From contig JBBSNW010000004.1 of assembly GCA_038260405.1 (NCBI GenBank), forward strand, positions 32,133 to 96,132: a stretch of 64,000 nucleotides of DNA. The letters run 5' to 3'. This DNA is from Rhodobacterales bacterium (GTDB lineage: Bacteria; Pseudomonadota; Alphaproteobacteria; Rhodobacterales; Rhodobacteraceae). Below, one piece after another: positions 42,274-52,422 of this stretch (positions are counted from its first letter, which is position 1; each line of letters opens with the position of its first letter). The notes beneath the pieces are model-generated. The model saw only the letters and a program-made list of their open reading frames with translations, ran no database searches and was not told the DNA's origin. The position numbers were made by a program, and so were the translations under genes.

Positions 42274-44196
42274 TCAGACAGAGCGCAGCGAGACGACCCG
42301 GCTTTCGCGGCCCAGCGCATTCTGCACGCAGCGCAGGATATCGAGCCGGGTGAGACCTGCATCCAGATACATCTCCTCCGGTGATCCCTGGTCGATGAAC
42401 CGGTCCGGCAGAGTCATCGTGCGGACGCGCAGACCGCGGTCCAGCAGACCACGTGCCGCCATTTCCTGCAGCACATGCGCGCCGAATCCGCCGCGCGCGC
42501 CTTGCTCGACCGTGATCAGCGCCTGATGATTGCGCGCGAGCTGGCCGATCATGTCCATGTCCAGAGGTTTGGCGAAGCGCGCATCGGCGATGGTGACCGA
42601 AACGCCATCCTCCTCAAGCAAAGCCGCCGCGGCCTGACATTCCCCGAGATGGGCACCGAAGGACAGGATGGCGACGTCGCTGCCTTCCTGCAGGATCCGT
42701 CCCTTGCCGATCTGCAGCACTTCACCGCGCCGCGGCATCTCAACACCCGTGCCGTTTCCGCGCGGATACCTGAAGGCGATCGGGCCAGCTTCATGCGCGG
42801 CCGCGGTCGCGACCATGTGCATCAGCTCGGCCTCGTCTGCTGCGGCCATCACGGTAAAGCCGGGCAGGTTGCTGAGGAAGGCCACGTCGAAGGACCCGGC
42901 ATGGGTCGCGCCATCCGCTCCGACGAGGCCGGCGCGGTCAATGGCAAAGCGGACCGGAAGACCCTGCAGCGCCACGTCATGCACCACCTGATCGTATCCG
43001 CGCTGCAGGAATGTCGAATAGATCGCGCAGAAGGGTTTCAGACCGGACGCCGCCATGCCGGCCGCAAAGGTCACGCCATGCTGTTCGGCAATCCCCACAT
43101 CGAAGACCCGCGCCGGAAAGCGGTTCGCCATGATGTCCAGACCGGTACCCCCCGGCATCGCGGCTGTCACCGCGACGATGTCCGGATCGCGGGATGCCTC
43201 GTCGGTGAGCGCGTCGCCGAAGACCTTGGTATAGGACGGTGCACCGGGTTTGGATTTTGACTGCGTCCCGCTCGCCACGTCGAACTTGGACACGCCGTGA
43301 TACTTGTCGGCACTCGCCTCGGCGGGAGCATAGCCCTTGCCCTTGACCGTGCAGCAATGGATCAGCACCGGGCCGGTCGCCCTTGCCCGTGCCGCACGCA
43401 GCACCGGCAGAAGCTGGTCCATGTCATGCCCGTTGATCGGACCGATATATTCGAAGCCGAGCTCCTCGAAGAGTGTGCCCGACCCCTGCATCGCGCCGGT
43501 CACGAGCTGGCGGGCGCGCTTGGCGCCGTCGCGCATCGGCGCCGGCAGAGCGGCTTCGAAGCCTTCGGCCAGGCTCTTGATCTTGGCCAGCGGTTCGTTG
43601 GCATAAAGACGTGACAGATAGGACGACATCGCTCCGACCGGCGGCGCGATGCTCATCTCGTTGTCGTTGAGGATGACGAACAGGCGGCGGCCATCTGCCC
43701 CGGCATTGTTCATCGCTTCATAGGCCATGCCCGCGCTGATCGCGCCGTCGCCGATCACCGCGATCGCATCGCCGGTGGGACGGCCCATGTCTCGCCCGAC
43801 GGAAAAGCCGAGCGCTGCGGAAATCGAGGTAGAGGAATGCGCCGCGCCGAACGGGTCGAACTGCGATTCAGCGCGCTTGGTGAAGCCTGACAATCCATCC
43901 TTCTGCCGGAGCGTCGACATTCGGTCGCGCCGACCGGTGAGGATCTTGTGTGGATAACACTGGTGGCTCACATCCCAGATCAGCTTGTCCATCGGAGTGT
44001 TGAACACCGCGTGGATCGCGATCGTCAGCTCGACGACGCCGAGGGATGATCCGAGATGTCCCCCGGTCTTCGAGACGACCGATATCAGTTCCTGTCGCAA
44101 TTCGCCGGCCAGTTTCGACAAGTCCCGGTCTTCCATCCGGCGCAGATCGGCCGGGCCGGCGACGCGGTCGAGCATCGGTGTGTCGGAAAGGGTCAT
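42274..44196 (-). CDS. dxs: 1-deoxy-D-xylulose-5-phosphate synthase
   Basis: It has the TPP motif [18 protein letters not shown] and is transketolase-like throughout. ATG 44196 ([12 protein letters not shown]...) has AAGGA about 10 nt upstream. ATG 44205 is the alternative start. Confidence 0.96.
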   Translation of the reverse strand: MTLSDTPMLDRVAGPADLRRMEDRDLSKLAGELRQELISVVSKTGGHLGSSLGVVELTIAIHAVFNTPMDKLIWDVSHQCYPHKILTGRRDRMSTLRQKDGLSGFTKRAESQFDPFGAAHSSTSISAALGFSVGRDMGRPTGDAIAVIGDGAISAGMAYEAMNNAGADGRRLFVILNDNEMSIAPPVGAMSSYLSRLYANEPLAKIKSLAEGFEAALPAPMRDGAKRARQLVTGAMQGSGTLFEELGFEYIGPINGHDMDQLLPVLRAARARATGPVLIHCCTVKGKGYAPAEASADKYHGVSKFDVASGTQSKSKPGAPSYTKVFGDALTDEASRDPDIVAVTAAMPGGTGLDIMANRFPARVFDVGIAEQHGVTFAAGMAASGLKPFCAIYSTFLQRGYDQVVHDVALQGLPVRFAIDRAGLVGADGATHAGSFDVAFLSNLPGFTVMAAADEAELMHMVATAAAHEAGPIAFRYPRGNGTGVEMPRRGEVLQIGKGRILQEGSDVAILSFGAHLGECQAAAALLEEDGVSVTIADARFAKPLDMDMIGQLARNHQALITVEQGARGGFGAHVLQEMAARGLLDRGLRVRTMTLPDRFIDQGSPEEMYLDAGLTRLDILRCVQNALGRESRVVSLRSV

Positions 44197-44385
44197 GGCA
44201 GGCATCCTTTCGGAGAATGAGATGGCGTCACGCTCTGATCGGGATGCGACAAGAAACGTGACGCCAATATCCTGTAGCCAACAGGACGGGAACCGGGGTG
44301 TGATGGACCCCCCGACATCCGACCCGAACCGGAGGCGCGGGTCAGATCTGGCTGGGCATGGGGCGATCGGTGCCGCCCCCTGCCG

Positions 44386-45501
44386 TCAATCGTAGACAGG
44401 CGCTCCGGAAGCGGCGAGTTCGGGATAGTTTCCGATCACGTTCGTTCCCTGCAGCGGCTGCTGATAGCCCTTGTGGCAGGTCTTGCAGGCGGCCTTGGGC
44501 GCATCCTGGTAAACCGGTCCGAGACGTTCGGGCGGATAGACTTCGGTCAGGGGCACGAGATAGTCGTTGTTCATCTCCTGCACCATCGAGATGCCCAGCA
44601 GTTCCGTCGCCCATTGCGGCGTCACCTGACCGGGGTCGTAGAAGGCCCGGCTGTTGTGACAGAAGACGCAGTTCACACCCAGCGAGTTGCTGATGTAGTT
44701 CATCAGCGAGAAGGTGCGTTCGGCATTCTGCCAGGTCGGCACCTCGGGGTCGGACGGGTATTCGTCCGCATGGGCGTCAAGGTTGTGCACCTTGATCGAC
44801 TCGGTCTTGAGCAGGTAGGTCTCGAGCGCATCGGAGGGCAGCGAAGTGTACTGCGACTGAACCGTCACGCGGTTCTGCACGGCCGCCCAGCCTTCGGCCG
44901 CCTTGTTGACGGGCGCGATGCGGAACCAGATGTCCGACGGCACGTTCTGACCGCGGTGGCAGGTATAGCAGGTAACACCCACCTCCTTGTTCGCGTTCAC
45001 GTGGCCGGCCCAGTTCTCGTTGATGTTCTGGGTCATCTGGATCATCCGGCGCGCCACGACCTTGGTATAAAGGTCGTCATTGCCGTATTCCTCGAGCGCC
45101 ACGTCACCGTGGCAATAGGCGCAGCCCTGTTCCGGGGCGACCCACTGGGTGATCGCGCCCATCACGCGGTTGAAGTTGTTCTCGGTCAGATCGCCCAGCA
45201 CCTGAACGTTCTGATAGAGGTCCTTGGCCAGCGGCTCGCCATCTTCGGGAATGAAAGGCTCGTCCGTGTACAGGGCTTCGATCGCGGGATCGGGTGTCGC
45301 AAGCTCCGACTTGAACTCGGTCCGGGACATGCCCGTCCCGGCCGGGCCGGTCTGGATCGACGCCGTGGCGAACGGTTGCCCCAGCGCGACCAGCGCCACC
45401 ACAACGAGCACTGCCGTCCCAAGAGATCCCACCAGGATGGCCGGGCCGTAGATGTCGGCCGGGCGATCCGCGTTCCATTTGTTGAACCAGTTCGGCAGCA
45501 T
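44386..45501 (-). CDS. pufC: Reaction-centre-bound tetraheme cytochrome c
   Basis: Trimmed to the ATG at 45501, which lies 1 nt after the pufM TGA. 371 aa with an N-terminal anchor helix and four CxxCH motifs (CAYCH, CYTCH, CVFCH, CKTCH). Confidence 0.93.
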   Translation of the reverse strand: MLPNWFNKWNADRPADIYGPAILVGSLGTAVLVVVALVALGQPFATASIQTGPAGTGMSRTEFKSELATPDPAIEALYTDEPFIPEDGEPLAKDLYQNVQVLGDLTENNFNRVMGAITQWVAPEQGCAYCHGDVALEEYGNDDLYTKVVARRMIQMTQNINENWAGHVNANKEVGVTCYTCHRGQNVPSDIWFRIAPVNKAAEGWAAVQNRVTVQSQYTSLPSDALETYLLKTESIKVHNLDAHADEYPSDPEVPTWQNAERTFSLMNYISNSLGVNCVFCHNSRAFYDPGQVTPQWATELLGISMVQEMNNDYLVPLTEVYPPERLGPVYQDAPKAACKTCHKGYQQPLQGTNVIGNYPELAASGAPVYD

Positions 45502-45502
45502 G

Positions 45503-46495
45503 TCAGTTCCCCTGTCCAATGAAGGTTTCATAGGAGCCGTATTCGCCGTACCCGTAGGAGCCGTCATACATCGGAGCGAAATGATGCTCCTGTGCCCAGA
45601 TGAACCAGTTGTCCACGACCGTGCCGGTCAGAAGGATGCCGATGCCGCCCGTGATCGGGGTGAGAACGGCGAACCACCAGGCCCAGCGGTGAATGCCTTC
45701 CATCGTGGCGTTGAAGCCCATGGTCCAGCGCCAGAACAGGGCCGCACGTTCCGAGGCCGTGCCACGGTCGATGATCTGCTCGAGCTCGCGGTCGCCGCCG
45801 TAGCGGGTCACGGCCAGGATGGTTCCGCCATGCATCGCGAAGAGCAGCACGGAGCCATAGAGGAAGACGATCGAGAGGCAGTGGAACGGGTTATAGTAGA
45901 GGTTGCCGTACCGTATCGAGAAAGCCGTGGTCCAGTCGAGGTGTGGGAAGATCCCGTATGGCACCATTTCTGACCAGCTGCCCATCAGGATCGGCCGGAA
46001 CAGGCCCAGCACGAGGAACAGCCAGATGGCCGAGCCGAAAGCCCAGGCGACGTGCTTGCCCATCTTGTGTTCCTGGGCGAGCATGTAGGAGCGCGCCCAC
46101 CAGGACATGACCGCCACGAGCAGGAAGAAGCTCGCGATCATGTACCAGCCGCCATCCTGAAGCGGCGGCATCTTGAGCCCGTATTCAGGCGATGGCGGTT
46201 CCAGCGCCAGCCAGAAACCCTGGCGCAGGAATTCCGGGATCGACCAGTTGACCTGGGCCAGCATGTTGATCCCGATGATGTTCAGCGCGAGCGTCCCTGT
46301 CGCCAGTGAGACCATTCCGGTCCAGCCCAGGTAGATCGGGCCGAGCTGCGCGTTGCCGATCCAGCCTGCGAGGTTGGAGAAACCCGGCTTGATCATGCGC
46401 TCTTCGGTAAGGGTGCCGTGGTCGTCGAGACCCATTTCCGGCTCTCCGCGGACCTGCACCTGCGTGAAGATGTTTTGGTATTCAATCATGGCCAT
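45503..46495 (-). CDS. pufM: Reaction centre M subunit
   Basis: 330 aa, from [13 protein letters not shown] to the [10 protein letters not shown] region, with five TM helices. Confidence 0.97.
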   Translation of the reverse strand: MAMIEYQNIFTQVQVRGEPEMGLDDHGTLTEERMIKPGFSNLAGWIGNAQLGPIYLGWTGMVSLATGTLALNIIGINMLAQVNWSIPEFLRQGFWLALEPPSPEYGLKMPPLQDGGWYMIASFFLLVAVMSWWARSYMLAQEHKMGKHVAWAFGSAIWLFLVLGLFRPILMGSWSEMVPYGIFPHLDWTTAFSIRYGNLYYNPFHCLSIVFLYGSVLLFAMHGGTILAVTRYGGDRELEQIIDRGTASERAALFWRWTMGFNATMEGIHRWAWWFAVLTPITGGIGILLTGTVVDNWFIWAQEHHFAPMYDGSYGYGEYGSYETFIGQGN

Positions 46496-46498
46496 GTC

Positions 46499-47341
46499 TT
46501 ACATCCCCACCACATTGGAGCCCCAGATCGGCAGCTCGAGCCACCAGTTCCACCATTCCGGCCAACCCTTGGTCCAGACCGGGCCAGAGATGATGATGCA
46601 GACCGCGGAGAAGAACACGGCGTTGATCGCCAGCAGGAAGCCGAGGCGGTGGATGCCCAGGGTTCCGATCGAGTAGCCGATGAAGTCGCGGAAGAAGGTG
46701 TCCTCGTGATCCGGCGTCTTCATGTCCTCGCCCTTTTCAGGGTTCGCTGCCGACAGGATCAGACCGCCATGCAGCGCCAGCGCAAACGTGGTGGTGAAGA
46801 ACAGCGTCACCGCCAGCATGTGCGCCGGGTTGTAGTGGAAGTGCAGGTAGGCGTAGCCGGTGTTGGAAACCCAGTCGAGGTGGCTGAAGATGCCATAGGG
46901 AAAACCGTGTCCCCAGGCGCCCATCAGCAGCGGGCGGAAGATCACCAGCGTCATGTATGCCAGGATCGCGAAGGCGAAGGCGAAGGGCACGTGGTACCCC
47001 ATGCCGAGCTTGCGGCAGATCTCGACCTCGCGCAGGGCCCAGCTGATGAAGGCGCCGGTCGCGCAGAAGGTGATGATTTGCCAGAGACCGCCTTCCATCA
47101 GCGGTGCCGCGCCAAGACCATAGCTCAGGTCAGGCGGCGGAATGTTGATGAGCCAGGGGTTGAAGGTGCCCTGATGGGCCGCACCCCAGAATATGAGCAT
47201 GGTGCCCAGAAGGGCAAAAAAGGCAGTCGTGACTCCGAAGAAGCCCACGTAGAAGGGCCCTACCCAGAAGTCGAACAGATCGCCGCCGATCAGCGTCCCT
47301 CCGCGGACGCGATACTTTTTCTCGAAGCTGAGCAAAGCCAT
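46499..47341 (-). CDS. pufL: Reaction centre L subunit
   Basis: Trimmed to the ATG at 47341 ([36 protein letters not shown]...). 280 aa, with GGAGA upstream. Confidence 0.97.
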   Translation of the reverse strand: MALLSFEKKYRVRGGTLIGGDLFDFWVGPFYVGFFGVTTAFFALLGTMLIFWGAAHQGTFNPWLINIPPPDLSYGLGAAPLMEGGLWQIITFCATGAFISWALREVEICRKLGMGYHVPFAFAFAILAYMTLVIFRPLLMGAWGHGFPYGIFSHLDWVSNTGYAYLHFHYNPAHMLAVTLFFTTTFALALHGGLILSAANPEKGEDMKTPDHEDTFFRDFIGYSIGTLGIHRLGFLLAINAVFFSAVCIIISGPVWTKGWPEWWNWWLELPIWGSNVVGM

Positions 47342-47417
47342 CTTCATGATCTCCGCGTTTTGCGGCGCGTTCCCCCCGGGGACGTCGGCCGTCATTTCCA
47401 AAGTTTCTTATCGTTTA

Positions 47418-47455
47418 CTGCGGGCAACCGGTCGGTCGTGTCAGGCTGCCCGCAG
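47418..47455 (-). promoter_or_regulatory. pufA-pufL intercistronic stem-loop 2
   Basis: A 9-bp perfect stem pairs ctgcgggca (47418-47426) with tgcccgcag (47447-47455), with a 20-nt loop. Confidence 0.6.
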
Positions 47456-47471
47456 AGATGTCGTGATGTGC

Positions 47472-47496
47472 CGCGAGCCCCCCGAAGGGGGCCGCG
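47472..47496 (-). promoter_or_regulatory. pufA-proximal intercistronic stem-loop with UUCG tetraloop
   Basis: In mRNA sense the sequence is CGCGGCCCCC-UUCG-GGGGGC(U)CGCG, a 10-bp stem with one bulge, starting 4 nt after the pufA TAA. Confidence 0.7.
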
Positions 47497-47499
47497 CGT

Positions 47500-47655
47500 T
47501 TACATGCCCGCTTGCGCGGCTGTCTCGAACCAGTTGACGCCGTTGGACAGCACAACCAGATGGATCATCACCGCCAGCAGGAAGAGAAAGACGCCCTGTG
47601 CCACGAAGACGCGGCGGGGGTCGAAGATGAGCCAGATCTTGTAAAACTTTGCCAT
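47500..47655 (-). CDS. pufA: Light-harvesting 1 alpha polypeptide
   Basis: Hand-translated because it is too short for the ORF track: [51 protein letters not shown]. 51 aa with a BChl-ligating His in the TM helix. Confidence 0.9.
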   Translation of the reverse strand: MAKFYKIWLIFDPRRVFVAQGVFLFLLAVMIHLVVLSNGVNWFETAAQAGM

Positions 47656-47669
47656 TTTCTATGTCCCCC

Positions 47670-47819
47670 TCAGAACCACGGACGCCAGATGAAGGTCGCC
47701 AGGTGGGCAACCACTGCAACCGCCGAGAACAGCCAAAGGCCGCTCATGTAGACGGAATGCAGTTCCTGCGCCTGCTCGTCGGTAAGACCTGTGAACGACA
47801 GGTCGGTATTATCAGCCAT
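47670..47819 (-). CDS. pufB: Light-harvesting 1 beta polypeptide
   Basis: Hand-translated: [49 protein letters not shown]. 49 aa, with GGAGGAAAG upstream. Confidence 0.92.
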   Translation of the reverse strand: MADNTDLSFTGLTDEQAQELHSVYMSGLWLFSAVAVVAHLATFIWRPWF

Positions 47820-47940
47820 GAACTTTCCTCCGGAATGTTAGTGCTGACGCCGCAATACCCGCGGCCGGGTCCTCGGGGGCGCGTCCCCCTTGGCCTGTCC
47901 GCCCCTTTGTGGAGCGGTCAGTCTCGTGTTCCCGTCCCTT

Positions 47941-48165
47941 TCAGGCCGAGAAAATCAGTGGCGTGATCCGGTCCGCTTCGGCCCAGGCGCGGGCCAGCGG
48001 CCCATGCATGTTGAGCGTCTGCCGCTGGAACACGTCGAGCATCCACGACGCGGTGGCGAATGGGATCGCGACCAGGAAGATGATGCTGAAATAAAGGTGG
48101 AACTCGGCACCACGCTTCGTGTGATGCGCCCGGGCGCGCGGCCCGTTCGTGGTAAAGTCCGTCAT
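47941..48165 (-). CDS. pufQ: PufQ
   Basis: 74 aa with a central hydrophobic helix ([21 protein letters not shown]) and a GPLARAW.EA..ITP.IF tail resembling Rhodobacter PufQ as I remember it. Its start overlaps the bchZ stop (ATGA). Confidence 0.85.
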   Translation of the reverse strand: MTDFTTNGPRARAHHTKRGAEFHLYFSIIFLVAIPFATASWMLDVFQRQTLNMHGPLARAWAEADRITPLIFSA

Positions 48166-49625
48166 GATGTCGGTCCTCCTGTTGAACTCGAAAGTGCCTG
48201 AACGGTCTCGAGAACGACCCGTTCGGCTCCTTGCTTGAGCGCCGCAGCTTCAGCCGCGTCGCGCAGATTCTTTGCCGCCGAGATCCGCGTCAGCACCGGG
48301 TGCTGCGCGACGATCCGGTCCAGCTCGGCCTGGGCGTCGGTGTCCCATGGGAAATCCCGGCGCAGCGGCGTGAGCGTGGCATCGGCCTTGTCCATCTCGG
48401 TGCCCAGCGGCAGGATGTGGAACAGCGCGTCGAACAGGCTGTTGCAGACCTCCTGCAGCACGTAGGTCGCCCCGGCATAGCCCATCATCGGCGTCCCGGT
48501 ATGGCGGCGGATCGCGGCCCCCGGAAAGCTCGCCGGTATGAAGGAGGGCTGCGGCCCGTGCCCGGCCTTCATCTCGGCCAGGTACATCTTCTCGTTGATC
48601 GACCCCATCACGATGAGCGGGCGCTTGGCATGCATCATGCTGCGCACTTCCTCGTTATTGGTCTTCTTGCCGGCCACGCGGGCGACGGCAAAGGCGCAGG
48701 GCAGACCCAGATCGCCCTCGAGATAATTGCGGATGCCCCGCGCATAGGTCTCGTTCGCGACGATCGCGAAACTCGCCGTGGCAAAGAAATCCTGCGTCAC
48801 CGAGCGCCACAGATCCCAGACCGGCTTCAGCGTCGAATGCTTCTCGCGCTCGATGAAGGGCTCGGGGTCGAGACCCGTGAGCTCGCCGAGCTTGCGCAGG
48901 AACTTCGTCGTGCTGTCGACTCCGATCGGCGCCTGCAGATAGGGCTTGCCCAGAACCTCGCAGAGGCCGCGACCGAATTCGCGGTACATCGTGATGTTGA
49001 CGTCGGCATTCACCAGATTGCGCATTTCGGCGAGATGCGCGCCCAGCGGCATCACCATGTTGACCTCGGCCCCCATGCCCTCGACCAGCCTGCGGATCTC
49101 GTGCAGGTCGCTCGGCATGTTGAACGTGCCATACATCGGCCCGAGGATGTTGACGCGCGGCTTCGCACCCTCTTCGCGTTTCTTCTCGGGCGGCATCCGG
49201 CCCTTGGTCATGCCGAACTCGGTGAAGATCCAGGTCATCGCGCGGTCGGCGCATTCCCACTGATCCTCGTCGATCGTGCGCGGCAGGAAGCGCTGGATGT
49301 TGGTGCCCTGCGGCGTCACACCGCCGCCGATCATCTCGGCGATCGACCCTGTCACCACCACGGCGGGCAGCGCCGGATCGAGCGTCTTCCAGGCCCGCTT
49401 CATCGATTCCTCGGTGCCCGACCCCATCTCGCCTTCGCCAAGGCCCGTCACCACGATCGGCAATTCATGTGGCGGCAGCGCGTCGGTGTAATGCAGCACG
49501 GATGTCACCGGCAGGTTTTCGCAGCCCACGGGGCCGTCGATCACCACCTGCAAGCCCTTCACGGCGCAGAAGGCATAGATCGCCCCCCAGTAGCCGCCGG
49601 CCCGGTCATGATCCTGGATCAGCAT
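48162..49625 (-). CDS. bchZ: Chlorophyllide a reductase subunit Z
   Basis: 487 aa ([40 protein letters not shown]...), nitrogenase-like, with GGGGAGGG upstream. Confidence 0.95.
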   Translation of the reverse strand: MLIQDHDRAGGYWGAIYAFCAVKGLQVVIDGPVGCENLPVTSVLHYTDALPPHELPIVVTGLGEGEMGSGTEESMKRAWKTLDPALPAVVVTGSIAEMIGGGVTPQGTNIQRFLPRTIDEDQWECADRAMTWIFTEFGMTKGRMPPEKKREEGAKPRVNILGPMYGTFNMPSDLHEIRRLVEGMGAEVNMVMPLGAHLAEMRNLVNADVNITMYREFGRGLCEVLGKPYLQAPIGVDSTTKFLRKLGELTGLDPEPFIEREKHSTLKPVWDLWRSVTQDFFATASFAIVANETYARGIRNYLEGDLGLPCAFAVARVAGKKTNNEEVRSMMHAKRPLIVMGSINEKMYLAEMKAGHGPQPSFIPASFPGAAIRRHTGTPMMGYAGATYVLQEVCNSLFDALFHILPLGTEMDKADATLTPLRRDFPWDTDAQAELDRIVAQHPVLTRISAAKNLRDAAEAAALKQGAERVVLETVQALSSSTGGPTS

Positions 49626-49641
49626 GGAGAACCCTCCCCTG

Positions 49642-49699
49642 CTTCATCTTGCGGGATAAACTCCACGGGGGTCTGGGGGTGTGAAACCCCCAGTCCGGC
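49642..49699 (-). repeat. GC-hairpin intergenic repeat, copy f (bchY|bchZ spacer)
   Basis: Reverse complement: GCCGGACTGGGGGTTTCACACCCCCAGACCCCCGTGGAGTTTATCCCGCAAGATGAAG. Confidence 0.8.
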
Positions 49700-49719
49700 A
49701 GTGAGGATCCGAACGGCGT

Positions 49720-51288
49720 TCATATCATCTGCTCCGCTTTTGCGGCGCGCGCCTGCTTGTCGAGCTTCTTCTGGTGTGCGGCGCGGAAATCGGGACGCAG
49801 GTTCGGGGTGCCTTCCCAGATGCCGGCCGTGTCGCCTTCGCCCACTCCGGCAAAGAACGTCTTCATCGTTTCCATGCGCTCTTTTCCGGCGATGGCGGCG
49901 TTGATCACCTCGGCGAGGGATCCCGCGCCGGCCGGTCCCATCAGGGGCCGCGCCGAGATCAGGTTGGTGTAGTAGAGCGCCGGAATGGCCATCTGCTTGG
50001 CCTTTTGCACGACCGGAGTGGTGCCGATGGCGAGGTCCGGACGGATCGCCTCCATCGCGGCGCAATCGTCTTCGAGCGAGGCGCGGAACTTGACCTTGAT
50101 GCCCTTGGCGCTCAGCCATGCGGCGTCGTCCTCGGACCATTTCGACTTGGCGCAGGCGGTGCCGACATAGCGCAGATCCGCGCCGCTCTCGACCAGCAGC
50201 CGGGCGACCAGAAGCTCGGAGCCTTCATAGCCCGACAGCGTGATCGTGCCGTCGATCCGGTTTCCGGCCAGGGCACCCTTGATCGCCGGAAGGAAGGCGT
50301 TCTGGGCGGCCGCAACCTGTTCGGCGGGCAGCCCGAAGGCATCGCCTATACTGGCAAGCCAGGATGCGGTGCCGTCATAGCCTACGGGCGCGGAGCCGAC
50401 GATCGGGCGGCCGGCAGCTTCGAATTCACGAACCGCGGCAGTGTAGAAGGGATGGATCGCCGCCACCGCGCCGCAATCGAGCGCTGCATAAAGCTCGCGC
50501 CATTCGCGGCAGGGCACGACCGGGCCGGCGGCCAGACCAAGCGGGGCCAGCATCGCGCCGATCATCATCGGATCCGCCGGGAACATCTCGCCCAGCAGGG
50601 AGACGGTCGGGCGATCCGACTTGCCCTGCGCGGGACGTGCCACCGGGCCGGCCTCGGCCTCCTTGCGGGCATAGTTCAGCATGGCGCCGGCAAGGACGTC
50701 CTTGGCCTCAGCATGGGTCGGGATGCCGAAACCCGGCACGTCGATACCGACGATGCGCACACCGTTGATCTCGTCCGGCAGCAGCCGCAGCGGCACACCG
50801 GACGCTGTGGGCACGCAGAGATTGGTGACCACGATTGCGTCGAACCGGTCCGGATCGGCCATCTCGTGCACGGATTCGCGGATATCCTCGAAAAGCTTGC
50901 CGGTAACGAGCGATTCGGAATTGAATGGAACGTAGCCCACCGAGCGGCGCGCGCCGTAGAAATGAGACACGAAGGTCAGGCCGTAGACACAGCAGGCAGA
51001 GCCCGACAGCACCGTCGCCACACGCTTCATCCGCAGGCCGACACGCAGCGACCCGAAAGCGGGACACATCGATTGCGGCTTGTCATGCGGACCCTGCGGA
51101 TAATCTGCGGCGAACTTGTCGAGCATTTCGGAATTGCCGGCCATGCGGGCGGCCTTTTCCATCTCGGACCCCGAATGGCAGCCAAGGCCATCCACCGGTG
51201 CTTCCACGGAGGGCACCTCGGCGTCGCGCGGGTGGCCCATTGTCACGTCAGCCTTGTCGGCGGTGTCATATGTCACTTCATCGGTCAT
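49720..51288 (-). CDS. bchY: Chlorophyllide a reductase subunit Y
   Basis: 522 aa. The region CPAFGSLRVGLRMKRVATVLSGSACCVYGLTFVSHFYGARR is nitrogenase NifD/BchN-like. Confidence 0.95.
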   Translation of the reverse strand: MTDEVTYDTADKADVTMGHPRDAEVPSVEAPVDGLGCHSGSEMEKAARMAGNSEMLDKFAADYPQGPHDKPQSMCPAFGSLRVGLRMKRVATVLSGSACCVYGLTFVSHFYGARRSVGYVPFNSESLVTGKLFEDIRESVHEMADPDRFDAIVVTNLCVPTASGVPLRLLPDEINGVRIVGIDVPGFGIPTHAEAKDVLAGAMLNYARKEAEAGPVARPAQGKSDRPTVSLLGEMFPADPMMIGAMLAPLGLAAGPVVPCREWRELYAALDCGAVAAIHPFYTAAVREFEAAGRPIVGSAPVGYDGTASWLASIGDAFGLPAEQVAAAQNAFLPAIKGALAGNRIDGTITLSGYEGSELLVARLLVESGADLRYVGTACAKSKWSEDDAAWLSAKGIKVKFRASLEDDCAAMEAIRPDLAIGTTPVVQKAKQMAIPALYYTNLISARPLMGPAGAGSLAEVINAAIAGKERMETMKTFFAGVGEGDTAGIWEGTPNLRPDFRAAHQKKLDKQARAAKAEQMI

Positions 51289-51434
51289 GCGCGTCCGGTC
51301 GGTTTTAAATCATCGTTTGATGCGGTTCTCAGGATGTCCCGAAGCAACCGCGCGATCTGTTCGGGCCGCGCCGTTTCCAGCGCGTACCGTGCGTCGCCCT
51401 GGTCGGGCTCGGCCTTGCGGTCAGGCGTCGTCAT
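51285..51434 (-). CDS. Candidate 49-codon ORF bridging bchX and bchY (unverified)
   Basis: [54 protein letters not shown] lies 6 nt upstream of its ATG. Its TGA overlaps the bchY ATG (ATGA), and it exactly fills the 132-nt bchX-bchY spacer. Confidence 0.35.
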   Translation of the reverse strand: MTTPDRKAEPDQGDARYALETARPEQIARLLRDILRTASNDDLKPTGRA

Positions 51435-52422
51435 AGACGACCTCCAGGGATTCCATCGGCATGGCATTCTTGCCGCGCATGTCCTCGGCCGTGGCCGGAA
51501 CCAGCTGGTAATCTCCGCCGGTATCCTTGGCGTCGAACAGGCCGAGCAGCCCGTCCTGGTCCAGCGGCGCCGGCTTGACGGGCGGTGCAACACCCACCGC
51601 TTCGGCCAGCTCGGCGAACAGGCTGCCCCACTGGGACTGCATCGTGCCGACGATCTGGTAATTGGCGGATTTCTTGCGCAGGTCGTCATCCTGCGGGATC
51701 GCCGCCAGAACCGGGATCTTGACCGCCTTGGCAAAGGCCTGCGCCTCGCCCGAATGGTCGTCCTTGTTGATGACGAGGCCGGCGACACCGACATTGCCAC
51801 CGAGCTTGCGGAAATATTCCACCGCCGAGCAGACATTGTTCGCGACATAGAGCGACTGGAGGTCGTTGGATGCGACCAGGATCACCTTCTGTGCCATGTC
51901 CCGCGCGATCGGCAGACCGAAGCCGCCGCAGACCACGTCACCCAGGAAGTCGAGCAGCACGTAGTCGAAGTCCCAGTCATGGAAGCCCAGCTTTTCCAGC
52001 AGTTCGAAGCCGTGGATGATGCCACGCCCGCCACAGCCGCGACCGACTTCCGGCCCGCCGAGTTCCATCGCGAAGACGCCGCCACGCTTGAAGCAGACAT
52101 CGCCGATCTTCACTTCCTCGCCGGCCAGCTTCTTGCGGGTCGAGGTTTCGATGATCGTCGGGCAGGCCTTGCCACCGAACAGAAGCGAGGTCGTGTCGGA
52201 TTTCGGATCACATCCGATCAGCAGCACGCGCTTGCCCTGCTCGGCCATCATGTGGCTGAGATTGGCGAGGGTGAAGGACTTGCCGATGCCACCCTTGCCG
52301 TAGATCGCGATGATCTGCGTCTTCTTGGTGGCTTCCGAGGGGATCACGTCCGCGAGGTCTTCGTTTGCCTCGTCGCGCAGGCGTTGGTCGAAATCCTTGA
52401 GATTCGGCACTTCGTCTTTCAT
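51421..52422 (-). CDS. bchX: Chlorophyllide a reductase iron protein subunit X
   Basis: The start was set at ATG 52422 ([10 protein letters not shown]...), which overlaps the bchC stop (ATGA). 333 aa with the P-loop [16 protein letters not shown] and CDPKSDTT. Confidence 0.95.
   Translation of the reverse strand: MKDEVPNLKDFDQRLRDEANEDLADVIPSEATKKTQIIAIYGKGGIGKSFTLANLSHMMAEQGKRVLLIGCDPKSDTTSLLFGGKACPTIIETSTRKKLAGEEVKIGDVCFKRGGVFAMELGGPEVGRGCGGRGIIHGFELLEKLGFHDWDFDYVLLDFLGDVVCGGFGLPIARDMAQKVILVASNDLQSLYVANNVCSAVEYFRKLGGNVGVAGLVINKDDHSGEAQAFAKAVKIPVLAAIPQDDDLRKKSANYQIVGTMQSQWGSLFAELAEAVGVAPPVKPAPLDQDGLLGLFDAKDTGGDYQLVPATAEDMRGKNAMPMESLEVVYDDA

Noticed and set aside
45502-45510. Search for pufX downstream of pufM
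   Set aside because: pufC starts 1 nt after the pufM stop, and no small hydrophobic ORF is present. This cluster is the pufC type, without pufX.
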